Shown piece by piece: positions 9,106 through 18,909 of a stretch of DNA of 64,000 bases. The stretch is from positions 1,056,001 through 1,120,000 of the forward strand of contig OZ240215.1 in the NCBI GenBank assembly GCA_965197585.1, given 5' to 3'. Within the stretch, counting starts at the first letter, position 1. Each line of letters opens with the position of its first letter. The notes beneath the pieces are model-generated. The model was not told the DNA's origin. It saw only the letters and a program-made list of their open reading frames with translations, and did not search any database. A program made the translations under genes and the position numbers. The stretch comes from Dehalococcoidia bacterium. Lineage in GTDB: Bacteria > Chloroflexota > Dehalococcoidia > Plut-88900.

Positions 9106-9837
9106 TCATCCTGAGGGAATGATGGGGGAGTAGCTACACCGGCACCAACCGCCATTTTCGTTGCGGTCGGCCCACGTCTGGCAGGTGTGCACAGGAATCG
9201 GCATGAGTTCCAAGGCTTGGTCGATTTTAAACACTCTTCCCTCTAGCTGCACGCATTCGGGGCAAGAGGCTTCTCCGCTTGTCATGATCGTAACTTCGGT
9301 TACCCCCATGCGCTGATAGCTTTCCATGAGCTGGTAATAGCGAAGTTCAGATTTCCGAGATTCGTACGCTAGCTGTTGATGATCACGGCCCTTTTTAAAC
9401 AGCATAAGGGCTTGTTTGAAGTGTGCCATTTTCACCTGGTGCCAATCCCCGGAACGGATGCCACCAAGTACTTGCGAGTTAAGGAAGGTCCATTCAGTGT
9501 CCCATTCCTTCCGCATGATACGGGTGTGGTCTTTGTTGGTCACCAGGTACTTTAGGCGAGCTTCCTTGTCGGTCCACGTGTAGATTGTCTCCTTGCAATC
9601 CTGACATTTCTTGCGTCTCGTGGGTGCTGGATCTTGGACTGTGCCGCAATAGGGGCAGGCAGCACTGTCAAGAACTATTGGTGGTAGTGGTTCGGGATTA
9701 GAAAAGTCAGGATACGTTAGAGAAACGGACAAATTGACTCCCGGACCCTTAACAGACACTTGGCCCGGTGCTTTTTCCTCGATTACTATTTCTGTGGTGG
9801 GTTTACCACTCAATTTTTGACGTAACTTTCTAAACAT
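9106..9837 (-). CDS. Hypothetical protein with multiple Cys pairs (putative Zn-binding)
   Basis: 243 aa with CPYC, CQDC, CPEC and H-x-C...CRC; visibly more AT-rich than the flanks. Confidence 0.7.
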   Translation of the reverse strand: MFRKLRQKLSGKPTTEIVIEEKAPGQVSVKGPGVNLSVSLTYPDFSNPEPLPPIVLDSAACPYCGTVQDPAPTRRKKCQDCKETIYTWTDKEARLKYLVTNKDHTRIMRKEWDTEWTFLNSQVLGGIRSGDWHQVKMAHFKQALMLFKKGRDHQQLAYESRKSELRYYQLMESYQRMGVTEVTIMTSGEASCPECVQLEGRVFKIDQALELMPIPVHTCQTWADRNENGGWCRCSYSPIIPSG

Positions 9838-9999
9838 TTCAGCCTCAACGCGGTTATGAAGTATCAGTGGACGCCTTACACTTCTTTGATGCTTAGAGTA
9901 CCCCTACACAAAAAGAGGGCTACTATAAATGAGCCCGAATACGCTTAGGACACTGTAATATTGACGTCCCCTTTCATTGCACTTGGGATTGATAGTTGC

Positions 10000-11031
10000 T
10001 TACACCCCCGACGGCAGCCTATACACCTTCGCTGCTGTGTCGTGGAACATGGCCTGCCTCTCCGTTGGAGAGTATTCCTTCGATAGCCGTTTGAAAGTGT
10101 TGAAGACAACATTGTAAGAAAATGACCATTTGTCCACGGGGAAGTTGCTTTCGAACATGCAGCGCTCGGGTCCAAACTTCTCGATGCAGTAATGCATGAA
10201 CGGGGCCATCTCCTTGGCTGCCTCCTCGGACCCGACCGGTTTGTCGCGGGTGTGCCAGTCAAAACCGTTGTTGATCATCCCCATCCCCCCAAGCTTCATG
10301 TAGACGTTCGGACACTCGGCCACGGTGGCGATGTCACGCTTCCACGCCGACACTACCTCTTCGGACCGGGCAGCATATGGCCCGATTCGCATGAGGCCTC
10401 CTATATGGTCCGAAATTATCGTTAGATCGGGTACGGCCCGCGCCAGTGAGGCGAGTTCCGGCAGCTGGGCTGAATACATCCAGGACTCCATGGTTAGCCC
10501 GCGGCTGGCCAGCACCCGGGCCCCGGCCCTATAGCTGTCGCTCATCATCTGATGGGGAATCTTATAGAGCGCAGAGTTGGGTACGCTGGGATCGTCGTCC
10601 CACGTCACTGAGTGCCGGATTCCACGAAATCGATTTGGACTGGCCGCTTCCAGCCGGTCCAGCACCCTGCCTACGTCATCTCCCAGGTTCAGGTTGGCGT
10701 GCCCGACAATGCCATCCGCCATTCGGCAGAGTCCATATAGCCCACTGGCGCTGGCCGCGGCGAGACCCTGGGCAAACTCAATTTCTCCAACGGGCCGCAT
10801 CTCTTCGGGTACGTTGGCCCGGTACATGGCCCGGGCCTCGACGAAGACTGTTGCCACTATGTTGTGCCCGGAGCTTATATCGTCCAACAGCTCGGGAAGG
10901 AGATAGCGCTGGTAAGGCATCCTTTCCATCTTGTAGTCCCAGAAGTGATGGTGGGGGTCGATGATGGGGAGGTCGGGTTCCAGGGTGGGTTCCGGGGTAA
11001 GGGCGAGCCAGTCGTTGCTTCCAAAGGGCAT
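10000..11031 (-). CDS. Amidohydrolase_2 family (lactonase-like)
   Basis: IIDPHHHFWD, FRGIR, DHIGG and FESNFPVD motifs. Confidence 0.9.
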   Translation of the reverse strand: MPFGSNDWLALTPEPTLEPDLPIIDPHHHFWDYKMERMPYQRYLLPELLDDISSGHNIVATVFVEARAMYRANVPEEMRPVGEIEFAQGLAAASASGLYGLCRMADGIVGHANLNLGDDVGRVLDRLEAASPNRFRGIRHSVTWDDDPSVPNSALYKIPHQMMSDSYRAGARVLASRGLTMESWMYSAQLPELASLARAVPDLTIISDHIGGLMRIGPYAARSEEVVSAWKRDIATVAECPNVYMKLGGMGMINNGFDWHTRDKPVGSEEAAKEMAPFMHYCIEKFGPERCMFESNFPVDKWSFSYNVVFNTFKRLSKEYSPTERQAMFHDTAAKVYRLPSGV

Positions 11032-11094
11032 GGGTTATCCTCCGAGGTGGGGTGCGGTCGGGACTCATGATACCAGACCCGCCGAAGGTCTCGA

Positions 11095-12342
11095 TCAGGT
11101 GTCTCGAGTCTCTCTGACCATGAGAACGATGGGTACCAGGAGAGCGGCGACGGCTGCCGTCATCAGGAAGCCCGGCCCGAGGGATGCGTAGGAATCTCGC
11201 AGCTCACCCATGATGTAGGGTCCGAAGAATCCGCCCACCTCCGCCGCGGCGAAGAACATTCCCGCCGCCACCCCCATCTTCGCCGCCCCGACACCCCGCG
11301 TCTCCATCAGCAGCAGTGAACACATTGGCAGCATCGGCTGTGCCGCAAAGGTAAGCGCCATCAACGCGGCCACCGCACCTGTGCCGGGAAGGTATACCAT
11401 TGCCGTGGCTGCGACCGCGCAGACCACGAGCTGCAGGCTCGTCACCGGGACCCGGTAACCTCGCTTTACGAAACCCGGTATGGCCAGCAGGCCAATGAGC
11501 CCCACACCGGTCGCGAGCGCCGCCCACAACCCTCCCGCATCCAGCGACATGCCTTTCTCCTCCAGGAGGGCGGGCGCCCAGCTGGAGTTGCCCACGTGAA
11601 CCACGAAAGTTCCCGCCGCCAGAATCAAGATGATCTTCACGTTCCGAAGCCGGAGCATGGACGTGAACTCGCTGATGGCGAGGGACCGGGTGGCGAGGGG
11701 AGCGCTGGCAGGCCGGGTCTCCGGTTCGCGTGCGAAAAGGACCCAGGCCACGGCGATGAGAGCCACGAGGATGCCGTAGACAAGGGAGATGCCTCGCCAC
11801 GACCCGGTTAGAGGTTCGACCACAGTGTTTGCGGTGGCGAAGGCCAGGGCTATCCCCGATGCAGGACCCGTCGAGTAGATCCCCGTTGCTATACCCCGCT
11901 CTCGGCCCTCGAACCAGACCGACACCAGCTTGGGAGAGCCCACGGAGATCAGCGGTCCACCAAAACCGAACAGGCCCACGGTCAAGAACAGCTGTAGGAA
12001 GTTCTGGGAGAGGCCACGGGTAACCAGGGAAGCCAAGATTATCAGAACACCCAGGCCCAGCGACTTTCGCAACCCCAGGCGGTCCACCAAGAGGCCCACG
12101 ACTGGCGCGAAAAAGATGTAGACCACGTGCCAGCTCCCGTGCACCAGGCCCATCTGCGCCGAGGTCATGTTCAGATCTTCCTGGATAGGCGTGACCAGGG
12201 GTGAGATGGTGCCAAAAGTCAGGCCGAAGGAGAAGTAGAGGGACCAGCACAGGCCGACCATGAGCCATCGGGCTCTGGGTTTTGACTTAGGGATGGGATA
12301 GAGCGGAGCTGTCGCGACGGGGGTGGGGGGCGATGGAGGCAT
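11095..12342 (-). CDS. MFS transporter
   Basis: About 12 hydrophobic segments; motif A GLLVDRLGLRK. Confidence 0.88.
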   Translation of the reverse strand: MPPSPPTPVATAPLYPIPKSKPRARWLMVGLCWSLYFSFGLTFGTISPLVTPIQEDLNMTSAQMGLVHGSWHVVYIFFAPVVGLLVDRLGLRKSLGLGVLIILASLVTRGLSQNFLQLFLTVGLFGFGGPLISVGSPKLVSVWFEGRERGIATGIYSTGPASGIALAFATANTVVEPLTGSWRGISLVYGILVALIAVAWVLFAREPETRPASAPLATRSLAISEFTSMLRLRNVKIILILAAGTFVVHVGNSSWAPALLEEKGMSLDAGGLWAALATGVGLIGLLAIPGFVKRGYRVPVTSLQLVVCAVAATAMVYLPGTGAVAALMALTFAAQPMLPMCSLLLMETRGVGAAKMGVAAGMFFAAAEVGGFFGPYIMGELRDSYASLGPGFLMTAAVAALLVPIVLMVRETRDT

Positions 12343-12500
12343 GGGAACATGATAGTAACAGGGGAGACATTGCTAGTCTATGAATGGGAGCGTGGTAGAG
12401 GGTTGGGTGGAGCCATATCTGATATGATGCGCGCTGCCCACTGGAGAACGTGAGAAATGACGCGAACAAACACGCTAGTCATGCCTGAGGAGGTTACATA

Positions 12501-13181
12501 ATGCTTACGTACAAGGGTCGGGAGATACCCGAGACCTTCGCCGAGATAGTCGACCCGAAGCACACCGTTTTGATAGTCCACGAGATGCTAAACGACTTCC
12601 TTAACCCGAACGGCGAGTTCGCCAAGACCATCCCCGACAACGGGCTGGTGAAGTGCCTTCCCGAACAGATTGGCCCGACAGTTAACCTGCTCAACGAGGC
12701 CCGGGCCGCCGGTGTGAAGGTTATATACGTCGGCTGGACGAACTACCCCGACAACAGCACCCGTGCGGACCCCGAGATCCGGCTCGCCTACGATCAGATC
12801 ATGGACGGGACCTACGTCATGCAGCGGTGCCTGATGGAAAACACCTGGGGCCACGACGTGATAGACGAACTCAAGCCCGCGCCCGGAGACCTTGTCATCA
12901 ACAAATACAAGAGAGACGCATTTGCAGGCACCAGCCTCGAAGCGATATTGCAGTGGAACCGGATCAAGACCTTCATAATCGTGGGGATAGGCGTGCACGT
13001 CGGAATCATCCCGACGGTTAGCAATGGGATGAACAAGGGCTACTTCACGGTTGCACCTGAGGACTGCATGATCTCCCACGAGCCGGAGTGGATTGAAGCC
13101 TCGATGAAGTTCTTCAACATGTGGGGCTTCACAAACCCTTCTACGGACCTGATCGCTGCTTGGAAGGGTGAGGGGAGCTAG
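12501..13181 (+). CDS. Isochorismatase/cysteine hydrolase family protein (non-canonical active site)
   Basis: ENTWG, INKYKRDAF, GTSLE and PEDC motifs; strong RBS GAGGAGG upstream. Confidence 0.85.
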   Translation: MLTYKGREIPETFAEIVDPKHTVLIVHEMLNDFLNPNGEFAKTIPDNGLVKCLPEQIGPTVNLLNEARAAGVKVIYVGWTNYPDNSTRADPEIRLAYDQIMDGTYVMQRCLMENTWGHDVIDELKPAPGDLVINKYKRDAFAGTSLEAILQWNRIKTFIIVGIGVHVGIIPTVSNGMNKGYFTVAPEDCMISHEPEWIEASMKFFNMWGFTNPSTDLIAAWKGEGS

Positions 13182-14785
13182 GCGGAACGCGAGGCCTCTC
13201 CCTGGAGCATAGTCTCCAGGACGTCGTTGGGGCCTACGGAGCCGAGGAGAGCCCCGGACTCGCGGTCTACCACCGGGAATACCGAGATGGCGTGCTCTGC
13301 CATCTGCTCCAGGAAGTCGTCGAGGGGTTCGTCGGGGTAGGTGAGGACAGGACTGCGGTTCAGCAGGCTGCCGATACGGATGTTCGGCCAGGTATCTTGC
13401 GGCAACCGGCGCACCCTGCGAAGCGAGAGGGTCCCGGCCAACTTCCCCTGACCCTCGGTGATTACGTAGTCCTGGCGTTCATGTCCTGCCCACAGCTCCA
13501 TGAACTGCTGCACCGTCAGGTTGGCATTGGCGAAGCGCCGCCCCTTTTCCAGGATGTTGTTGACGGTGAGTCCCTGGAGAGAGAATCGGGCGAAGGAAGG
13601 CACGATTGAGGTCGGGAGGGTTGCCCGTTGGGTTTCGTCTGTTCTCCTAATGGTAAGTCCCATGAGTGGAGGCACTACAAATATGAAGGCGATCATGAGG
13701 AGCGTTAGCAGGGAGAACATCTCCCGCGAAATCACTTCGTGTTCCAGGAGAATGTGAAGGAAAGCTATTTCGATCACTCCTTTCCCCATGATGCCGGAAG
13801 CCACCGCGAGTCGACGCGACAATCGGGCCACCGTGACTCCCATCAAAGACCCTGCGGCTTTGGCAAATATCACCACTGGGATGACGGTTGCAAGGGTCGA
13901 GGCGGGCAAATTGGTGAAGGAAAGGTCCACGTGAGTCCCGGCCGAAGCGAAGAACAAGGGAATGAATACGCCTTGGGACAGGCCGCGAATCGAGGGTAGG
14001 ATTTCGTTACGGAGTCGGCGGGGAAGGCCCGAGTTGACCATGCCGAATACCAGGGCGGCCAAGGCCTCGTCCATCCCGATCTCGTGGGCGCCCCAGACCA
14101 CTATGAACAGGCTGCCTACCATAAGTGCAGAGGCAAGCTGGGGCGCTCCGATAATCCTTCTCAAGGAGACAAGGACCCGCGGTACAACCTTCGCTGATAG
14201 CACCCATGACGCAACTACAAACAGAATGATCTCTCCGAGCAGGACCGCTATTTTCCAGCCCCCCAGCCCGCCGGGATGCGACGATTCCTCTAGCGCGAAA
14301 CCCGCAACCAATAGGCCGACAATCTCGACAATTACCACGGTGGTGAAGATTTCCAGGCCAACTGAGTCTTTCAACTTGCCGAGGTCTCCCAGCACGCGGG
14401 CCGCAATGCCCAGGCTCGAGAGTCCCATCAGGGAGGCCAGGGTGACGGCGTTGGGTGCGGAGAGGTCTATCAGGTAGAGGAAGACCAGCAGGTTGGCGGT
14501 AAATGGGACGGCGAAGCTGATGAGAGCAGCGACGAAGAAGCGGCCACGCAGGGTCCCGACGAAACCGGATATGTCAATCTCATCGATTCCGATGAGGAAG
14601 AAAAGAAAGAGGACCCCAACCTCGAAGAAGAGCTTGGCTTCCTCGCCGGGCTCAAACCAGATGCCCAATATGATGCCCACGACGAGGTAGGCCAAGAGGG
14701 AGCTCTGTTTGAAGCGGACAGCCGCGCCCTCCAGCAGTTTGGCGCATACCAGGACGAGGCCAATGATCAGGAAATCGCTGGTCAT
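13178..14785 (-). CDS. Cation:proton antiporter (CPA2) with C-terminal CBS pair
   Basis: Multi-TM N-terminal region with PLFFASAG; C-terminal CBS-like segment (FPVVD...LLGSV). ATGA overlap with the upstream gene. Confidence 0.85.
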   Translation of the reverse strand: MTSDFLIIGLVLVCAKLLEGAAVRFKQSSLLAYLVVGIILGIWFEPGEEAKLFFEVGVLFLFFLIGIDEIDISGFVGTLRGRFFVAALISFAVPFTANLLVFLYLIDLSAPNAVTLASLMGLSSLGIAARVLGDLGKLKDSVGLEIFTTVVIVEIVGLLVAGFALEESSHPGGLGGWKIAVLLGEIILFVVASWVLSAKVVPRVLVSLRRIIGAPQLASALMVGSLFIVVWGAHEIGMDEALAALVFGMVNSGLPRRLRNEILPSIRGLSQGVFIPLFFASAGTHVDLSFTNLPASTLATVIPVVIFAKAAGSLMGVTVARLSRRLAVASGIMGKGVIEIAFLHILLEHEVISREMFSLLTLLMIAFIFVVPPLMGLTIRRTDETQRATLPTSIVPSFARFSLQGLTVNNILEKGRRFANANLTVQQFMELWAGHERQDYVITEGQGKLAGTLSLRRVRRLPQDTWPNIRIGSLLNRSPVLTYPDEPLDDFLEQMAEHAISVFPVVDRESGALLGSVGPNDVLETMLQGEASRSA

Positions 14786-15696
14786 GCTGCGAGGCAGGGC
14801 AATGCAGCAGCCAGGGCATTAATGTGGTCGGGCGTGGTGCCGCAGCACCCACCTATGGCCCGCGCTCCGAGCCCACTCCACTCCTTGGCGTAATCCAGAT
14901 ATTCCTCGGGGGACATCGACTCTTCAAAGTCCCATCCCACGCCTTGATACACGGCGCCCTGTGCGTAGGCGCCTATTGGCATATTGTGGTGTCCGGCCAG
15001 CTGATTGAGGGCAGCCGTGACGTACGGGGCCTGGCAGCAGTTGAGGAATAGCACCGACGCGCCCGCATCTCTAACCGCGGCCTGAGCGTCCAGGATGCTT
15101 TCCCCTGACTTGACCCGGCCCTCCTCGTCGACCACGAATCCGGCCCAGGCAGGCATCCCGGCCTCAACGGCGGCCTTAACCCCCGCGACAGCCTCGTGGA
15201 TTTTGGTGCATGTCTCGACGAGGATTACGTCGACACCCGCTTGAGCCAGGACACGGACCTGCTCCCGATAGGCGGACAAGCATTCATCGTAAGACAGTAC
15301 GGCGTCGGGATTGTAGGACTGGCTGAGGGGGCCCAGGGAGCCGGCGACGATTACTTCACGGTCGGGGGCTGCGGCCCGGGCCTCTAGGGCGGCCTTTGCG
15401 GCCAGCTCGTTGATCCGTACCATCTCCGCCTCTGCCTTCGCCTTGGATATCCAGCCGATGTGGGTCAACTTGCCGGTGTTGCAGTTATAAGTGTTGGTAA
15501 TTGTTACTTCAGCCCCGGCACGGATAAAGTCTTCGTGGATCTCCCGAATGCCTTCCGGGGACTCCAGCATCGCCGCTACCGAGAGCTCCGACGACCCTGC
15601 AGCGATGCCATGCCTTTTGATTTCGGTGCCCATGCCGCCGTCGAGGATGACGGCGTCGCCCCGGGCCAGTTTGGCGGTCAACGTAGCGAGGCTCAT
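14782..15696 (-). CDS. Homocysteine S-methyltransferase family protein
   Basis: ILDGGMGTE, TNTY, GSLGP, LNC and GGCCGTTP Zn-ligand motifs. Confidence 0.9.
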   Translation of the reverse strand: MSLATLTAKLARGDAVILDGGMGTEIKRHGIAAGSSELSVAAMLESPEGIREIHEDFIRAGAEVTITNTYNCNTGKLTHIGWISKAKAEAEMVRINELAAKAALEARAAAPDREVIVAGSLGPLSQSYNPDAVLSYDECLSAYREQVRVLAQAGVDVILVETCTKIHEAVAGVKAAVEAGMPAWAGFVVDEEGRVKSGESILDAQAAVRDAGASVLFLNCCQAPYVTAALNQLAGHHNMPIGAYAQGAVYQGVGWDFEESMSPEEYLDYAKEWSGLGARAIGGCCGTTPDHINALAAALPCLAA

Positions 15697-15714
15697 TGCG
15701 GCACCCCCTATGTG

Positions 15715-16416
15715 CTAGTCTCTCATCCCTTCCAGTACGGTCGCGATACCCTTCTGCAGGTCCTCGAACACCTCGCGGACGCTGCGCCGTGCGTCGATGG
15801 TCTCAAAATCGTACTGTTTGGAGAGGCTGCGAAATTCCTCGATGAGCGACCCCTGGTAGCGGACGAAGCTGGCGTAACGATCGGGCTCCCGAAGGAAGTC
15901 GTGCCCCGACTCCCAGTGATCGAGCTCTCGATTAGCCATGACGCGGGGAATCAGGTGCACCAAGTCCACGTCCAGGAAATAGATTTTATCCGGTACCATT
16001 GCGAACTCCAGCACGTCGTCGAGCCATCTGGCGGGGACGCCTCGAACCCTGGCACGCGCCATTATGGAGAAGATGTAACGGTCGCCCAGGATGACCATTC
16101 CGGCCTCCAGCGCTGGCATAATGCTCCTCTCCATTCGGTCCCAGAAATCGGTGGCGTAAAAGAGGTTAAGGGTAAGGTAGTCAAGGATATGTCCCCGCTT
16201 GGCGCGGTCTATCCCGCTGCCCGTCAGCGAGGAACGCCTGAATCCCGTGTCGGAAACGGCAAAACCTTCTGTCTCCAGCCATTCCTTGAGCAGCGCTATC
16301 TGGGTGGACCGCCCGACACCGTCGGTCCCTTCGATCACGATGAGGCGGCCCGGCAGCGGTTTCTCCGCCAGCTTGAGGGGGGTGTGACCGTAGAATGTTG
16401 GAATCTTCATCAGCAT
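15715..16416 (-). CDS. Thymidylate-kinase-like protein B with degenerate P-loop; candidate polyphosphate kinase subunit
   Basis: LIVIEGTDGVGRST (Lys to Arg), GDRYIFS, dTMP kinase fold features. Confidence 0.8.
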   Translation of the reverse strand: MLMKIPTFYGHTPLKLAEKPLPGRLIVIEGTDGVGRSTQIALLKEWLETEGFAVSDTGFRRSSLTGSGIDRAKRGHILDYLTLNLFYATDFWDRMERSIMPALEAGMVILGDRYIFSIMARARVRGVPARWLDDVLEFAMVPDKIYFLDVDLVHLIPRVMANRELDHWESGHDFLREPDRYASFVRYQGSLIEEFRSLSKQYDFETIDARRSVREVFEDLQKGIATVLEGMRD

Positions 16417-16459
16417 ATCCTCATAGCGGTATGATCGCGCAAGTGGCTGTAGTGGGAGG

Positions 16460-17284
16460 CTACCCCTCGGTAAGAATGGGATCGGTCAGGCGCTGATATC
16501 CAGTGGGGGGCAAATAGCGGCCTGTTAACCCGGTGCTGGACAGAGCGTCAGGTACGCTGTGGCTGTCGAACTGCATAATTCCCGGGAGCAGGGGCTCGAC
16601 GTACTTTCTGACCTTTTGTTGCTGCGCGGCTATCGTCTGAGTGGCGTCTATGGTTACTAGGCCGTACTCATCCGTGAGCCTGCCGTATTCCTCCAGGAGG
16701 CGGCCCTGAAACTTGCGGAAAGACTCCTCTCGGCTGGAGGAGAGCCCTAGGTCCTGCCCCGACTCATAGAAGCCAAGCTGGTCGCGGCCTGTGACTATCC
16801 GGCGGATCGATTCGTCCAGGGGAACTTTGAAATAGAAGGCCAGGGAGGGCCGGATAGCGAAAGAATAGACGCGGCGCAGCCATTCTCCGTTGACCCCGCG
16901 GGCTGTGTCCCTGGCAAGGGCGGTGTAGACATAACGGTCGGCTAGAACTATGGTACCCGACTTCAGGGCGGGTATAACCTGCGTGTAGACGCGGTTGGCG
17001 AAGTCAGCGGCGTGGATCAAGCTGAAGGACATGGGAGTCAGCATTCTCTCCTGCTTGCCCCGTTTGGTAGTCCGCTTGACGATTGGTGAGGAGTTCCACT
17101 CCGTGAAAATAGTGACGTAACCAAGCCGCTTCAGCCATTTGCCCAGCAGATCAATCTGGGTGCTCTTGCCGGAGCCGTCTATGCCCTCGACGATGATCAG
17201 GCGGCCAGGGTACTTGCCATCTTGTGGATGATTCCCGTACCTCTGGCCCATTTGGAAGTTCGCGCTCAGGTCGTTATCCGTCAT
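16460..17284 (-). CDS. Thymidylate-kinase-like protein A with intact P-loop; candidate polyphosphate kinase subunit
   Basis: IVEGIDGSGKST, TEWNSS, ADRYVYT. ATG at 17284 lies 2 nt after the ppx stop. Confidence 0.82.
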   Translation of the reverse strand: MTDNDLSANFQMGQRYGNHPQDGKYPGRLIIVEGIDGSGKSTQIDLLGKWLKRLGYVTIFTEWNSSPIVKRTTKRGKQERMLTPMSFSLIHAADFANRVYTQVIPALKSGTIVLADRYVYTALARDTARGVNGEWLRRVYSFAIRPSLAFYFKVPLDESIRRIVTGRDQLGFYESGQDLGLSSSREESFRKFQGRLLEEYGRLTDEYGLVTIDATQTIAAQQQKVRKYVEPLLPGIMQFDSHSVPDALSSTGLTGRYLPPTGYQRLTDPILTEG

Positions 17285-17286
17285 CT

Positions 17287-18909
17287 CTACCCTCGTACGA
17301 TGTGCAAAGGTTGGTTGAACTCTGCATTCCAGCGTTCCTGAAGATGCGGGGCTGAGGCCCGGGCCCAAGCCGGGGTGACTATAGTGACTAATTCCTCCCC
17401 GGAAGCGTTTGGAGTCTCACTTTTCTCCGGCGAAATGGTAACACATTCCGGCGAAACATCAGGCGGCAAACGGCGCTCGATTTCGTCGGTAACCAGCAGG
17501 ATGGCAGCTGCCTGTCCTACAAACCGCTTGTCGGTTGGTGTCAACGCATCCGAACGTAGGAAGGGCCTTATAAGAATCTTGTCCTCGGCAGCTAGCAGTA
17601 TTGCGGCTATCTGGGCGCATTCCCTGTGGGTAAACCCTGGCAGATCAGACCGGGTGACCAGGGCGGCGGCCCTGTCGTACCGGTTATAGAAATCAATTGA
17701 GCTGCCTACGTCCAGAAGAAGGGCAGCGCATCGGAGAGACGAGGTTAGACGGCGGTGGCGGCCCTGCCATACGGCCTCTGCGATACGGCCACTGATGTTG
17801 GCCCTCCGTGCCCCGCGCCGGGAGAACCGAGGAGCGAAGCGCTGGGTCAGGTCGCGTAGGCCCTCGGATCGGATCTTGGAGCGTTTCGGCAGAGAGATAG
17901 TCTTGCCCGTTGGTATAGGGCTTGGATGCCGAGCCAGACCCTCCCGCAACCCCTGCCCCGATACGATTATCCCCTTGGCTCCTGTGTGGGATATAAGAGT
18001 TTGTGCTATCAACGCACCCCCGACAATAGAGTGGATCCGCCTGCGGTTCATGCCGGAGATGAGCGCTCGCTCCTCTCTCGTTGAAGAGGCCATCATATCC
18101 ATGAGAATTGCGAGCCCGTTGGCGCTGATGTAGTAGCCGTGCATTTTGGGAACAGGATGGGCAGTCCGGCGGCGGTCCAGCTTCGCCAGGAGTCTCATAG
18201 AGCCTCCGGACCCGACCAGCGCTCCTCCCTTGGAGAGAGGCGGGATTTTGGCCTCGGAGAAAAGGTCTGCGGCGTGTTGGGCGGCAGCGGCCAGGTCTTC
18301 CGGCGAGGGTTTGTCGGTCAGCCGGAACAGGTTGGCAAAACGCAAGCTGCCGAGCCGCAGGGAATCGAGAGTCTTCAGAGAACGGCGGGCGAATTGCACT
18401 ATCTCGGTGCTGCCGCCGCCCAGGTCCGCGAGGAGACCCCGGGCCACGGGCAGCCCGTGAATGGCACCGATGAAGCAGTAAGCGGCCTCCTCATATCCCT
18501 CGATTATTCGAAATGCGACGCCGTGCTTTTTGGTCGCGGCCTCTGTCACTTGGAAGGAATTGAGAGACTCCCGTAAGGCCGCCGTGCCCACACCATGCAC
18601 TTCCGTGATGCCGTATCCCGAACAGACTTGGGCAAAGTCCTCGATTGCGTCTATGACCCCTGAAACACCTTCTGAGTCCAGAGTCCCGTCGGCGTCGACG
18701 TGAGACATCAGGTTCAGGTTCAGTACTTGCTGGGCTATTGGTTCTATGCCCCCGCCGGGATTCAGGCGAATGATCTCGGCCCTGGCCGAGCCCGACCCTA
18801 TGTCGATAACAGCGGTCAGGGAGTCGTTGGATAGAGGGGTCGGGCCATGCGCCTCGGCGTGGAGGTCATGACGCGGCCGAGTTTGGAAGGAGCGAAGTTC
18901 AGGAACCAA
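17287..18909 (-). CDS. ppx: Ppx/GppA exopolyphosphatase family protein
   Basis: VIDIGSGS, GTAALRE, GYEEA, DLGGGSTE and GLREG motifs, plus an HD-like C-terminal helical domain. Start codon uncertain. Confidence 0.9.
   Translation of the reverse strand: MVPELRSFQTRPRHDLHAEAHGPTPLSNDSLTAVIDIGSGSARAEIIRLNPGGGIEPIAQQVLNLNLMSHVDADGTLDSEGVSGVIDAIEDFAQVCSGYGITEVHGVGTAALRESLNSFQVTEAATKKHGVAFRIIEGYEEAAYCFIGAIHGLPVARGLLADLGGGSTEIVQFARRSLKTLDSLRLGSLRFANLFRLTDKPSPEDLAAAAQHAADLFSEAKIPPLSKGGALVGSGGSMRLLAKLDRRRTAHPVPKMHGYYISANGLAILMDMMASSTREERALISGMNRRRIHSIVGGALIAQTLISHTGAKGIIVSGQGLREGLARHPSPIPTGKTISLPKRSKIRSEGLRDLTQRFAPRFSRRGARRANISGRIAEAVWQGRHRRLTSSLRCAALLLDVGSSIDFYNRYDRAAALVTRSDLPGFTHRECAQIAAILLAAEDKILIRPFLRSDALTPTDKRFVGQAAAILLVTDEIERRLPPDVSPECVTISPEKSETPNASGEELVTIVTPAWARASAPHLQERWNAEFNQPLHIVRG

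Noticed and set aside
15715-17284. Labelling the two kinases as housekeeping tmk
   Set aside because: Tandem paralogy, the degenerate P-loop in one copy and tight coupling to ppx argue against it, so the symbol is withheld.
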